Assembly: GCA_007128005.1 (NCBI GenBank)
Contig: SKYF01000042.1
Span: 1-61,745 of the forward strand
Length of the DNA: 61,745 nucleotides
Direction of reading: 5' to 3'
From: Bdellovibrionales bacterium
GTDB lineage: Bacteria > Bdellovibrionota > Bdellovibrionia > Bdellovibrionales > UBA1609
Position 1 is the first letter of the stretch. Every line of letters begins with the position of its first letter. The notes beneath the pieces are model-generated. The model had not been told where the DNA came from. It ran no database searches and saw only the letters and a list, made by a program, of their open reading frames with translations. Shown one piece after another: positions 1 through 9,608 of the stretch. Position numbers and translations under genes: made by a program.

Positions 1-419
1 TCTCCGTGACGGAGCCCGTGGTGGAAGCTCTGGATATGTACTTAAGTCACTTGAGCCTCAGTGAGCAGAACAACGGCCCTCACCGCTCAGCCAGAGCCAC
101 TGTGCGAATTTTAGATGAAAGAGGAAGACCCGTCAGCAACGCTCAAGTGACTGTCCGGTTCTCTGGACTTGTCAGTGGCTCTTCCTCGGCCAACACTGAC
201 TCCCAGGGCTATGCGCATATTGACTCCTCCAGAACCCGAAGCAGCGGCACAGTCACCGCCTCGGTGACGCAAGTGTCTGCCTCCAACTTCGACTACAACT
301 CATCCATGAATACCGCCTCCACTGAGGCCAGCATTCAGCTGGGGTCTTCTTCTGGCGGCAATGATGACGATGGTGGCGGAGGAGGCGGACCCCCCCCTGG
401 ACGAGGACATAACCGCTAG
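1..419 (+). CDS. C-terminal part of a hypothetical secreted protein (gene starts upstream of the window)
   Basis: The frame is open to the window edge. A beta-sandwich-like segment (ATVRILDERGRPVSNAQVTVRFSG...TDSQGYAHI) is followed by a Ser/Gly/Pro-rich tail, GGNDDDGGGGGGPPPG. No family recognised. Confidence 0.4.
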   Translation, partial: SVTEPVVEALDMYLSHLSLSEQNNGPHRSARATVRILDERGRPVSNAQVTVRFSGLVSGSSSANTDSQGYAHIDSSRTRSSGTVTASVTQVSASNFDYNSSMNTASTEASIQLGSSSGGNDDDGGGGGGPPPGRGHNR

Positions 420-444
420 AGGTTAGGGCCAAAAAGCTCCTTTT

Positions 445-564
445 AGGTGCCAGGCCCTGTTTGGATATGCGCTGCGTTACTTCCCGCAGCGAATCCGCGC
501 AGCTATCAAAAGGCAGTCCTGAACCAGGGTGACTCACTGCATATCCAAACAGGGCCTGGCACCT
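445..564. repeat. Perfect 26-bp inverted repeat (445-470 / 539-564) with a 68-nt spacer
   Basis: aggtgccaggccctgtttggatatgc at 445-470 is the exact reverse complement of gcatatccaaacagggcctggcacct at 539-564. The right arm is the last codons plus stop of mvk. The spacer holds a further gctgcg/cgcagc hairpin. Confidence 0.9.
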
Positions 565-1418
565 TTAAAAAGGCTTAAGACAAAGCCTCCCCCTCCAGAG
601 CCTGTGGGTTTGACGGCAAGAGCTCCTTGAGTTTTCAGCTCCTGCATATGCTCCTGGAGCTTGCCATCCACCAAACCCCACTGCACAAAGCAATCTCCGG
701 CCAGATTCACAGCCTTGACCAAAAGAGATAGGGACTCTTCCGACTCAGGCAACCACAGGGCTCTTTCGGCCATCTCCACGCTGTGGATCATCTGGTCGTC
801 GATTTCAGAGGCTCTTTGAGGCTGCGTCTCGGCCATTTGCGCCACCTTTCTCACGCACTCAGATGTAACCCCTCGCTGGCCACTGTAAGTCAGCCGCCAC
901 TGAGGTTGCCAGGACAGAGAAAGAGGCCGCATCTCCCCATCGCGCACAAACCTCAAAGGCTCTCCGCGCAAGGCTACGGCCACATCCACCCCACTGCTCT
1001 CGCCATGAAAGAGGTTTTCCAAAGAACGGGCAAATTCGTATATCCCCTCTGTTGCAATCCACCCAAGGCTCGCCAACCATCGGCTGACTGCCACACACAG
1101 GGCCGCCGAAGCCCCCAGCCCCGCTCCCACTTGAAGCTCGTTGTGGAGCTCCATCTGACCTTTCAAGGAGGCTCGATCTAACTTCAGGCGCTCCATGGCC
1201 TGCTCCACCACACCCCAGAAGAGCAGTCGCATCTCCTCGCCTCGACTTCCACAAAACTCCACATGAAGGGGCTCCGAACCCGGCTGATAGTTCAGCTTGA
1301 GCCCGGCTGAAGGCAGAGGAAAAACCAGGGCCGGCGCCCCGCGCAGCACCGAGTGCTCTCCGGCCAGTATCCACTTGCCAAAAGATTCGAACTTTTGCAT
1401 TTGCTCTCCCCTACTCAA
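534..1418 (-). CDS. mvk: Mevalonate kinase (GHMP kinase)
   Basis: N-terminal KWILAGEHSVLRGAPALVFPL, matching the GEHAV-type mevalonate kinase motif. GHMP motif VGAGLGASAALCVAV. Last gene of the MVA operon, with an 8-nt overlap with mvaD. Confidence 0.85.
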   Translation of the reverse strand: MSRGEQMQKFESFGKWILAGEHSVLRGAPALVFPLPSAGLKLNYQPGSEPLHVEFCGSRGEEMRLLFWGVVEQAMERLKLDRASLKGQMELHNELQVGAGLGASAALCVAVSRWLASLGWIATEGIYEFARSLENLFHGESSGVDVAVALRGEPLRFVRDGEMRPLSLSWQPQWRLTYSGQRGVTSECVRKVAQMAETQPQRASEIDDQMIHSVEMAERALWLPESEESLSLLVKAVNLAGDCFVQWGLVDGKLQEHMQELKTQGALAVKPTGSGGGGFVLSLFKGARPCLDMQ

Positions 1419-2445
1419 GCCCAGGGGCGGATATCAGCTCCCCTGGTTGAAGCCCCAGATCCTCCCCAATTTTTTGAGCCCTCTGTCTTTGATCTGGTCT
1501 CCACAGCAGGTGCACATTGGCACCCGCATCCATTGTCACCAAAGGACCGTCCTTTTCTCTCTCCCAAAGCAGACGCAACCGGCGCAACATGGCCATGGAG
1601 CGCTCAGTGATATAGCCAAAGGAGGGATCACTGGTCTCAAACAGGGCATGCATATCCCAAAACTCGGACCACACTAAACTATAGGCCCGTTCCCACTCAC
1701 CTAAGTTCAAAGCCGACAGCAGCTGATGGAGTCTCTTGTCTGCGCGTTCAGCTCGGCCTTCAAATAAAGCCGAACTGACAACTCTTTGATGGGCTTCGGA
1801 GGAGGAAACGGCTTTCTTCTCTGTCTCCATCAGGATCAGCTGATGGTAGAGGTGCTCTTGGGGCAAAGGCTGCGCCCTGATACTGTCTTCTTGCCAAATG
1901 GCCCAAGGGGAAAAGAAGCTCCGCCCCGATGAGCCCGATCCCTGACGAGAAAGATCGGCCAACTCCTCTAGAGTCAAGCTCTCCACTTTCTGCGGGTTCT
2001 CGGACTCAGCCTTCGCCAATTCAAAGGCCGCCAAAGTCAGAGCCGCATAGCTGGAAGCCGAGGAGGCCACTCCACAATCGGCAGGAAAGTTATTTGCGGA
2101 GCGCAATACAAAGTCACCCGAAAGCCCCCACTGGTTTTTGAGCAGTTGGAAGTGCTTCAGGAACCTCTCCACTCCCTGGGGGCTTAACTGCAGGGCTGCA
2201 CAAGTTCCCCACTGAAGAGGCTCCCAGCGGTCGCCATTCTGGACCCCTGCCCCCCCAGCCCCCCTGGCATCCTCATTCACTCTTTCAATTTCCACTCGGG
2301 TGAGGAGGTGGTTGAGGGTGTAGGACAAAGAAGAGTTGGTAGGACGATTGCCCTGACCTTGGCGCTTTCCCATGTACTTGATCAGGGCAATATTGGAGGG
2401 AGCCTCGGCCCCATAGACTTCGCTCTTAGACCCCATACTCGACAC
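1411..2445 (-). CDS. mvaD: Diphosphomevalonate decarboxylase
   Basis: APSNIALIKYMGKR signature near the N-terminus. GHMP-type GVASSASSYAAL. Position between PMK and MK. Confidence 0.9.
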   Translation of the reverse strand: MSSMGSKSEVYGAEAPSNIALIKYMGKRQGQGNRPTNSSLSYTLNHLLTRVEIERVNEDARGAGGAGVQNGDRWEPLQWGTCAALQLSPQGVERFLKHFQLLKNQWGLSGDFVLRSANNFPADCGVASSASSYAALTLAAFELAKAESENPQKVESLTLEELADLSRQGSGSSGRSFFSPWAIWQEDSIRAQPLPQEHLYHQLILMETEKKAVSSSEAHQRVVSSALFEGRAERADKRLHQLLSALNLGEWERAYSLVWSEFWDMHALFETSDPSFGYITERSMAMLRRLRLLWEREKDGPLVTMDAGANVHLLWRPDQRQRAQKIGEDLGLQPGELISAPGLE

Positions 2446-3400
2446 CCCCCTTGGCTACTTCTTGTCTCTGGCTAGGGCCCTCCTGCGCAAGATCGAGCCA
2501 ATCCAAATTCACCTGCAAGCCTGGACTCAAGTCGCTCCTTGTAGCCACCAGCTCTAAGCCCATACCCTCAGCCAAGACCTCGATGGCTTGCCTCTGTTGG
2601 GGCCTATACAACAGTAACAGCGTATCGGCCCCTAAGGCCCCACAGCCCTTGGCCGCCAAAACTTCCGGTCGAGCTCTGAGAATCTTAAGCTGCTCTCGAC
2701 TCTCCTCAGCCAGCAGCGACTCCTCCTCAAGGGCCTGTGCCAGTCTCTTAAAGGCCTGAAGAAACAGCTCCTCTCTGTGCGTCTTTAGGCTTTCCGTAAG
2801 GCGGTTGACGGGCTCCACAAGGGCGTGAAAGGGCCTGTCCTTAAGGAGTTTTAAGTGCTCGTGAGTGGAGATCTTTTTTCCTGTCCTGAGCAGAGCAAAG
2901 TCCAGATCCGCAAAAGGCCAATCCTGAGACTTGACCTGGAAGGGCTGAAAGGAAAACCGGCTCACTCCCCCCACATATTGACCGACCACATCGGCTCCAC
3001 TGGGCTGAGCTTCACCTTCTGAGACTGTCGCCACCTCACGAAACTTGCGCCAAACTTTCTCCGCCCCTAAACTCCGGCTCCAATCTTGAGGCCTTGTCTG
3101 CATCAAGTGACCTGCCACATAGACCATCACAAACTGAGCACTGGAGGCCCCAAAACCGCCTCGTCCCTGGTGGGGGTCGCGAAACTCCATGTCCCAAGCT
3201 GCAAATTGTGCGCTGTTTTGCCGAACCCACTGCCCTGCTGGAGAATGAGGATGAATGCCCTCGCAGCGCCCCTCACCCCCTTGCTTGACATGAAGTTCAA
3301 AGCGGGGCTCGGTCTGAAGAGTGGCACAGAGACCACCTCGAAGGGCCAAGTACTCACCAAATAAAAATGTTTTACTTGGGACACTCAGCTTTATCTGCAA
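2426..3400 (-). CDS. Phosphomevalonate kinase (GHMP family)
   Basis: PSKTFLFGEYLAL N-terminal motif and GRGGFGASSAQFVMV GHMP motif. The ORF is open back to the ATG at 3475. A TTG at 3400 preceded by GGAGACGG gives a 10-nt overlap with mvaA instead of 85 nt, so the start is uncertain. Confidence 0.75.
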   Translation of the reverse strand: MQIKLSVPSKTFLFGEYLALRGGLCATLQTEPRFELHVKQGGEGRCEGIHPHSPAGQWVRQNSAQFAAWDMEFRDPHQGRGGFGASSAQFVMVYVAGHLMQTRPQDWSRSLGAEKVWRKFREVATVSEGEAQPSGADVVGQYVGGVSRFSFQPFQVKSQDWPFADLDFALLRTGKKISTHEHLKLLKDRPFHALVEPVNRLTESLKTHREELFLQAFKRLAQALEEESLLAEESREQLKILRARPEVLAAKGCGALGADTLLLLYRPQQRQAIEVLAEGMGLELVATRSDLSPGLQVNLDWLDLAQEGPSQRQEVAKGGVEYGV

Positions 3401-4797
3401 GGTTCCGTCTCCGGGGCCTGAGCTGAAAGCCCAGTTGAATGTTTGTCTACCGCCTGGGGCTCTTGATTCCCCCATTCAGGCCTCGGCCTCCCACCTGAGC
3501 GCAGCTCTTTGAGAGCCTGAACCGCGTGGCTGAGGGACACCCGCCGAGTCAGGTTTAAGATCTCCTCAAGCCTTCTTTGCATCAGGGGCATTTCGCTCTC
3601 CGACGCCCCGGCTCCGAGCGAAAGGTTGCGGATGTGCAACTTCATATGCCCTTCAATGATGCCAACTGTAGTGAGAGCTCTCAAAGCCCCTAGGTTTTGC
3701 ACTAAGCCCACCGCCGCACAAATTCGCGACAGCTCTGCGGCACTGCCCACATCAAGCATCTTCAGACACATCTGAGCCGTGGGGTGAAGGCGAGTCACTC
3801 CACCCACCGTACCCAAAACAATTGGGGCCTCAAAAACACCAACAAGCTCCTGACCTTGGCGCCTCCAGGTGGTCACCGCCTTGTACTGCCCGCTTTTTGC
3901 CGCATAAGCATGAACTCCTGCCTCCACGGCTCTCCAGTCATTGCCGGTTGCAATCAGTATCGGATCAATCCCATTCAAGACACCCTTGTTGTGGGTGGCC
4001 GCACGGTAGGGGTCGGACTCAGCAAACAAGGACCCCTCTTCAATGCCCTCCATCAACTCGGGCTCAAGCCCTCGCATCAGGACTTGAGCTCGGGTGACTC
4101 TGGTGTCCACCAGGTTGGAGAGAATGCACATGGTGACTCTTTCTCCCGTCGCCTCTTCAATGGGTGCCTTGAGCTGCTCGCAGACCTGATTGATGATATT
4201 GGCCCCCATGGCATCGCAGGTGTTCGCAAGGACATGAAGCACCGCCATCTGCTCCTGACTCTCGCCCCTGGGAACCTTACGAAGCTCGATGGCCCGAACA
4301 CCCCCTCCTCGCTCCACCAGCCCCCGGGCCACACCGCTGTTGGCCAGTTCCACCCACTGAGATTTGAGCTTTTCGACCACCTCGGCCAAGCGCTTCCAGT
4401 TCTGAACTCTGGCAATTTGGATCTGACCGATAATCTCCTGACCGATAAGCTCTGTGGTGATCTGGCCCTGCTCCCGCACCCATTTGGCCGTCTTGCTGGC
4501 TGCTGCGATGATCGAGGTCTCCTCAACGGCCATGGGGATAACTTTGTCTTTACCATCAATCAAAAAATTAGTCGCCACTCCCAAGGGCAGCTGAAAGTAG
4601 CCGATGACATTTTCAATGAGATTCTCTGCCAAGACAAAATCCTTCACCCCTCCACCTTGCAGAAAGTGAATGTCTTCATCCGTCAATGCGCCGAGCTCCT
4701 TAAGCCTCTTGTAGCGCTGCCATCTTTCCAACTTGGAAAAGCCCTCAAAGGGGTTGTGAGAGGGAGGGGGTGAGTCTATACTTTGCGCCATCGCCAT
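3391..4797 (-). CDS. mvaA: HMG-CoA reductase, class II
   Basis: EETSIIAAASKTAKW and DAMGANIINQVCE motifs are typical of class II enzymes. Probable start is MAMAQSID (4797); the ORF is open to 4842. There is a ~40-aa C-terminal tail beyond the conserved core. Confidence 0.9.
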   Translation of the reverse strand: MAMAQSIDSPPPSHNPFEGFSKLERWQRYKRLKELGALTDEDIHFLQGGGVKDFVLAENLIENVIGYFQLPLGVATNFLIDGKDKVIPMAVEETSIIAAASKTAKWVREQGQITTELIGQEIIGQIQIARVQNWKRLAEVVEKLKSQWVELANSGVARGLVERGGGVRAIELRKVPRGESQEQMAVLHVLANTCDAMGANIINQVCEQLKAPIEEATGERVTMCILSNLVDTRVTRAQVLMRGLEPELMEGIEEGSLFAESDPYRAATHNKGVLNGIDPILIATGNDWRAVEAGVHAYAAKSGQYKAVTTWRRQGQELVGVFEAPIVLGTVGGVTRLHPTAQMCLKMLDVGSAAELSRICAAVGLVQNLGALRALTTVGIIEGHMKLHIRNLSLGAGASESEMPLMQRRLEEILNLTRRVSLSHAVQALKELRSGGRPRPEWGNQEPQAVDKHSTGLSAQAPETEPCR

Positions 4798-5855
4798 ACC
4801 TTTTTTTCTTGAAGTTGCTCCACACTGCGACTGCCTGTACAAAAAAGTGCGACCTTCAATTCATACTCAATGAGGGACATCAGAAAGTCCAATTCCTTTT
4901 CGCCTTCAAGGGCCGATTTTAAAATCGGCTGGGCCAAGCCCACAACCTGGGCTCCCATGGCCAATAAAATGGCCACATCACGGCCAGAACGCACTCCTCC
5001 CGAAGCCCAGATTTCGTAGTCCGGAGACATTTGAACTGCCTCTGACAGGCCGTCCACTGTCCCAATGCCCCAATTGGCAAAACTCTTTGCGGCCTCGTGG
5101 TGGAGCTCTCCCGGCTGACTGCGCCCCCCCTCAATGCGACCCCAATGGGTGCCCCCAAAGCCGCTTATATCCACTGCCATCACACCAAGCCCCTTGAGAC
5201 GAGACAGACTCTGGGCAGAAAAGCCACAGCCCGTCTCCTTGACAATCACTGGAAGGCCCAGCTCCTTAACCAGCTTTTCAAGGGCCTTTAAACCTCCCGC
5301 AAAGTCAGGAGTGCCCTCCGGTTGCAAACACTCTTGAAGGGGATTGGAGTGGATAATCATGGCCGAGGCCTCAAGGCTGTCGGCAAGCCGCCTGACGTCC
5401 TCTGTGGAGGTGCGAATCAGTTGGGAGAGCCCTAAATTGCCTAAGAGTTTCACCCGCGGAGCTCGCCTTCGGACCTCTTTCCACTCCTGGCGAGCGGACG
5501 AATCCCTCAGCTCACGGCGCTGGGAACCCACCCCCATCAGCCACCCATGCCGCTGACAGGCCTCTGCCAGTCGGCCGTTTAAATCTACGGCCTGGTGATG
5601 TCCTGCGGTCATGGAACTGACCAAAAGGGGCTTTGACTCAAGCTCTCCTTTAAAAATTCGGTGCATAAGAGAGACTTGGGAGAAGTCCAGCTCCGGAAAG
5701 GCCTCATGCAGGAGCTCAACCCGCTCGAATCCCGCCTGACCCGAGGCTTGGTTCTTCACATCCAGAGCCAAGCGGATATGATCCACCTTTCGGCTCTCAA
5801 ATTGAGCCGTTGACTCCGAATGCAATGACTCTCCTGAGGACGGCTCCAAACTCAC
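4776..5855 (-). CDS. fni: Isopentenyl-diphosphate delta-isomerase, type 2 (FMN-dependent)
   Basis: VKETGCGFS, GGTHWGRIEG and ASGGVRSGRDVAILLAMGA motifs of the TIM-barrel IDI-2 family. First gene of the MVA block. Confidence 0.9.
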   Translation of the reverse strand: MSLEPSSGESLHSESTAQFESRKVDHIRLALDVKNQASGQAGFERVELLHEAFPELDFSQVSLMHRIFKGELESKPLLVSSMTAGHHQAVDLNGRLAEACQRHGWLMGVGSQRRELRDSSARQEWKEVRRRAPRVKLLGNLGLSQLIRTSTEDVRRLADSLEASAMIIHSNPLQECLQPEGTPDFAGGLKALEKLVKELGLPVIVKETGCGFSAQSLSRLKGLGVMAVDISGFGGTHWGRIEGGRSQPGELHHEAAKSFANWGIGTVDGLSEAVQMSPDYEIWASGGVRSGRDVAILLAMGAQVVGLAQPILKSALEGEKELDFLMSLIEYELKVALFCTGSRSVEQLQEKKVWRWRKV

Positions 5856-5894
5856 AGCTCCCTTTCTTAGGCCTGAGCCAAAGCTTGATGGAAT

Positions 5895-6281
<387 letters not shown>

Positions 6282-6295
6282 TTTCTAAGCCCTCC

Positions 6296-6487
6296 CTATA
6301 AACCCAGCTGCCTGCTGACTTGATACATATTGGCCGAGTCCACATAGGCCGTGCTGCCCAACTGACGCTTCCTCTTACTGGATTTGTTCTCCAGCAAGTG
6401 GCGCAAGTTAGCTTTTTTTCTCTTGATTTTGCCACCACCGGTGACACGGAAGCGCTTCTTAGCCCCGCTATGGGTCTTTTGCTTCAT
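6296..6487 (-). CDS. rpmI: 50S ribosomal protein L35
   Basis: MKQKTHSGAKKRFRVTGGGKIKRKKANLRHLL is canonical L35. It lies 14 nt upstream of rplT. Confidence 0.95.
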   Translation of the reverse strand: MKQKTHSGAKKRFRVTGGGKIKRKKANLRHLLENKSSKRKRQLGSTAYVDSANMYQVSRQLGL

Positions 6488-6700
6488 CTCTATTCCCTTC
6501 TCTGACAGGGCGACTTAAAAGAAGTTTTAAGTACTTTTGGAGCCACAATCAGCCGTTTTTTGCAGGCTCAACATCTACACCACAACTGCCCCGGGCTTCA
6601 AGGTGAATTTCTTTCCAGTTTGCGCGACTCTAAACTCTTTATTGCGACGCATTAATCCCAAGGCCGCTGGGAACTGGCCTTACAGAGCCCCCTCTTCTTC

Positions 6701-8731
6701 TCACTGCACCTCAACAGCCCCACTGTCGCAACCCCCACCCAGGGGCCGAGGTCGGCCATTTTGATCCGTGTCTGGACAATAGTCCATCACTGCGGCATCA
6801 ACCGCGGGGCTTAAGGGATCAAGGCTTAAACCCAAAGTGGGGGTCAAAGCCTCAGAGTCGATATAGTCCAAGGGTCCCACCACTAGGGGATCTGTCCCCG
6901 GCTGATCGGTGCCGTGATTCAGCTGACAGGAGTTGCCTGCCGCCCGCTCCAAATTGCCACCCAGAGACGTCAATGTGCTGCCCGTTCCTGAAACCGAGCA
7001 ACTGGCCACGGTATTGGCAAAGACCGTATTGACCACCTCGGCCTTCGCTCCATCACGTACCTCCAAAGACAGCTCCCCCGTGTTATCAAAGGTGACATGA
7101 TTTAAGCGCACATTGGTCTCTCCACTGTGGCTCCCCATAGCCCGAATCCCTCGCCCGCCAGAAAAAGTGCTGTTCGTAACCTGCAGCACACCCGGATGTC
7201 CCGAAGATGATACCTGAAAAAGTGAAATTGCCGCCACCCCAGGGGCCGAGATCAAAGTGGAGTTTTCAATGACCTGATGGTTAGAATACTCAAAGTAAAT
7301 TCGTCCAGTGTTTAGTTGCACCAAACTGGTGTTCATTGAAAAATAACCTCTATGACCTCCTATATAGATCGTGCGACCACCCACGTGCCCGGTGATTTGA
7401 GTACTCTCAATCCGAATATCGCCTGTACCAGACCGAACATCAATGGCAATGCCATTGGTGAGTGCCGCTGAGATATCTGGAGTGCTATTGGCCTCAATAT
7501 GTGAGTCACGAATCACTATAGGTCCAGATACACCAAAAACACTTATGCCTGCTCCAGTAAAATTTTCGCCGGCCTCATTTTGAAAGATATGCACTCCTTC
7601 CAGCTCGACTCCACCACCGGACCAGATATACAGCCCCCCGCCTCTTTGATCTAAAGCCTTATTCCTACTTATGACCGAGTCCTGGACAAGGAGATCCCCT
7701 TCGCCCCACTTACCAATACCGCCTCCAGAACCCATAAACCCCAGAACCTCATTGCTATCTATCAAACAATTTCTTATTATTCCGGAACCAATGGTTACTC
7801 CACCGCCAAAAAAACTACCTGTATTATTGAGAACCTCACAATCTTCAAGGCGCAAAAATCCTAAGGAACCATATACGCCTCCCCCTGGAGCGACGGACTC
7901 CGAACTTGTATCCCCATCGCGGATCGTGACACCCTTCAGGAGGACGGGGCGATCAACGGCTCCTGCATTGACTTCGATAACTCGCTGGGTGGTGCCAGTA
8001 GTCTGACGGATGATGGTGTTGAGATTGGGATCAGAGCCGGGGCCAGCACCCAACAGCTCGGCCTGAGTGCCCACCAGAAGCTGCTCACCTGTAGTCAGCT
8101 CATAGTCGCCGGCGGGGACCTCGATCAGGGCAGGTAAGGGATTCAGGGCATTGGCCTGCTCCAAGGCCGCACGCAAAGTGCACACCCCCTCTTCGGCAGG
8201 TGCAGCCGCTGCACATATCCCAGAACTTGTATCCAAAGCGCCAATATCTCTTTCATCATTAACTAGGGCCTTGAAGTGGGCCTCAAGCTCCACCTCGTAG
8301 CTGGTAGAGCCGCCAGGACCATGAGCCGTGACACTATAAGTAGCTCGCAAAAGAGGCGGCAGCACACCCGAAATCACACCCGTGGCCGCATCCAAACTCA
8401 ACCCCAAAGGCAGGGGCGGCTCAACCACAAAGGACTCCACCCCTCCTGAAACCTCAGGCTCCAACAAAATCTCATCCTGACTGTAGTAATGAAGATCAAC
8501 CAAGTAGCTGAGACCCGAAGGAGCCTCCGGACCCGGTGGCGGCGGCGCCTCCGGCGGAGGATTCTCCCCAGGCCGTTGCTTCAATGACCCCCTCAGACGA
8601 TTGTCATCCAGCCGGCAACCCATAGCCAATGTCACCAAAGCGACCAGCGCCAACAGGCCGGCCAACCTCAGACAACAAAACTGAAAAAAACCTCTCACGG
8701 ACATCTCGTTCATGCTCCTTTTAGGATACAC
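6701..8731 (-). CDS. Secreted or lipoprotein right-handed parallel beta-helix repeat protein with a CSLREA-like motif
   Basis: Hydrophobic leader ending LAMGC (lipobox-like), then a Pro-rich linker. GVCTLRAALEQAN resembles the CSLREA domain. There are many G-rich beta-helix turns (GGGVYG, GGGVTIGSG, GGGLYIWSGGG). Confidence 0.7.
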   Translation of the reverse strand: MYPKRSMNEMSVRGFFQFCCLRLAGLLALVALVTLAMGCRLDDNRLRGSLKQRPGENPPPEAPPPPGPEAPSGLSYLVDLHYYSQDEILLEPEVSGGVESFVVEPPLPLGLSLDAATGVISGVLPPLLRATYSVTAHGPGGSTSYEVELEAHFKALVNDERDIGALDTSSGICAAAAPAEEGVCTLRAALEQANALNPLPALIEVPAGDYELTTGEQLLVGTQAELLGAGPGSDPNLNTIIRQTTGTTQRVIEVNAGAVDRPVLLKGVTIRDGDTSSESVAPGGGVYGSLGFLRLEDCEVLNNTGSFFGGGVTIGSGIIRNCLIDSNEVLGFMGSGGGIGKWGEGDLLVQDSVISRNKALDQRGGGLYIWSGGGVELEGVHIFQNEAGENFTGAGISVFGVSGPIVIRDSHIEANSTPDISAALTNGIAIDVRSGTGDIRIESTQITGHVGGRTIYIGGHRGYFSMNTSLVQLNTGRIYFEYSNHQVIENSTLISAPGVAAISLFQVSSSGHPGVLQVTNSTFSGGRGIRAMGSHSGETNVRLNHVTFDNTGELSLEVRDGAKAEVVNTVFANTVASCSVSGTGSTLTSLGGNLERAAGNSCQLNHGTDQPGTDPLVVGPLDYIDSEALTPTLGLSLDPLSPAVDAAVMDYCPDTDQNGRPRPLGGGCDSGAVEVQ

Positions 8732-8936
8732 GACCCCTGAGTCATCCCAAAGATCAGATCGAGGTTTTTTGCCCTAAAGGCCCTATTCGCAAATCCAACT
8801 CTAAAATCGTCTCATTTTGAGCTGTGAACTCCCCCCCAAAAATCGCCTCTTTCGCACTGTCTCCTCGGCGCCGGAGTGCCGAATCAAATATTATTATTTG
8901 ACTGGTGGTAAAGTATCACGCCTTGGAGGGCTTGGG

Positions 8937-9566
8937 CTATTTGGCGGCCTCTGAGGATTCATTTGCTTCCTGAGAGATTTTCTTAAGAGCCCCTGATTTT
9001 TCCAACTCTTTGATTTTGGCCGGATCTGGAGACAGAAGCACAAACATCTGTCGCCCCTCCATCTTGGGCGGAGCCTCAGTGGTGGCAATGTCCTCTAAAG
9101 CGGCTTGGACTTTTTTAAGGACCTCTAGCCCCAAATCCTGGTGAGCCATCTCACGTCCAGTAAAGCGCAGATTCACCTTGACCTTATCCCCCTCGAGCAA
9201 AAATCGACGAGCGTGGCGCAGCTTCACCTCCAAGTCGTGCTGATCTGTTCTCGGTCGAACCTGAACCTCTTTAATGCTGATAATAGTCTGTTTTTTTCTG
9301 GCTTCGTGGGCCTTTTTCTTGTTCTCATACTTCCAGCGCCCATAATCCATGATCTTGCAAGTGGGCGGTTTGGCCGTAGGAGCAATCTCAATTAAGTCCA
9401 GTCCCTTGGACTCGGCAATGGCCAAAGCCTCACGGGAGTTCATCACTCCCACCATAGTCCCAGCCTCATCAATGAGTCGCACCTCTGGAGCAACTATGTC
9501 TCTGTTGACCCTATATCCATCGTCTTTTTGTGGGCGGCGTCCACCACGTCCCCCACCAAGCTTCAT
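8937..9566 (-). CDS. infC: Translation initiation factor IF-3
   Basis: VNRDIVAPEVRLIDEAGTMVGV...ALAIAESKGLDLIEI...CKIMDYGRWKYE is canonical IF-3. It sits 43 nt downstream of thrS. Confidence 0.95.
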   Translation of the reverse strand: MKLGGGRGGRRPQKDDGYRVNRDIVAPEVRLIDEAGTMVGVMNSREALAIAESKGLDLIEIAPTAKPPTCKIMDYGRWKYENKKKAHEARKKQTIISIKEVQVRPRTDQHDLEVKLRHARRFLLEGDKVKVNLRFTGREMAHQDLGLEVLKKVQAALEDIATTEAPPKMEGRQMFVLLSPDPAKIKELEKSGALKKISQEANESSEAAK

Positions 9567-9608
9567 GCTGCGAATGATTCGCCTCCTATGGTTACGGTTA
9601 AAATCTAT

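Noticed and set aside
3784-4773. Long ORF-track entries antisense to, or out of frame within, confident genes. Examples: 3784-4773 (+) opposite mvaA, 10365-11306 (+) opposite thrS, 36705-37313 (+) and 38638-39087 (+) opposite the lipoprotein/barrel genes, 46429-47109 (-) opposite nrdA, and 60470-61192 (-) opposite gspD.
   Set aside because: Each lies wholly inside a gene with strong family motifs on the other strand. Their translations are Arg/Pro/Ser/Gly-rich low-complexity sequence typical of shadow ORFs in GC-moderate DNA. None has an SD-start arrangement.
9564-9566. infC appears to start with ATG rather than the AUU start classically used for IF-3 autoregulation.
   Set aside because: An in-frame ATA and other near-cognate codons lie downstream, so the true start cannot be fixed from sequence alone. 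Many lineages use AUG. This is not strong enough to report as a finding.
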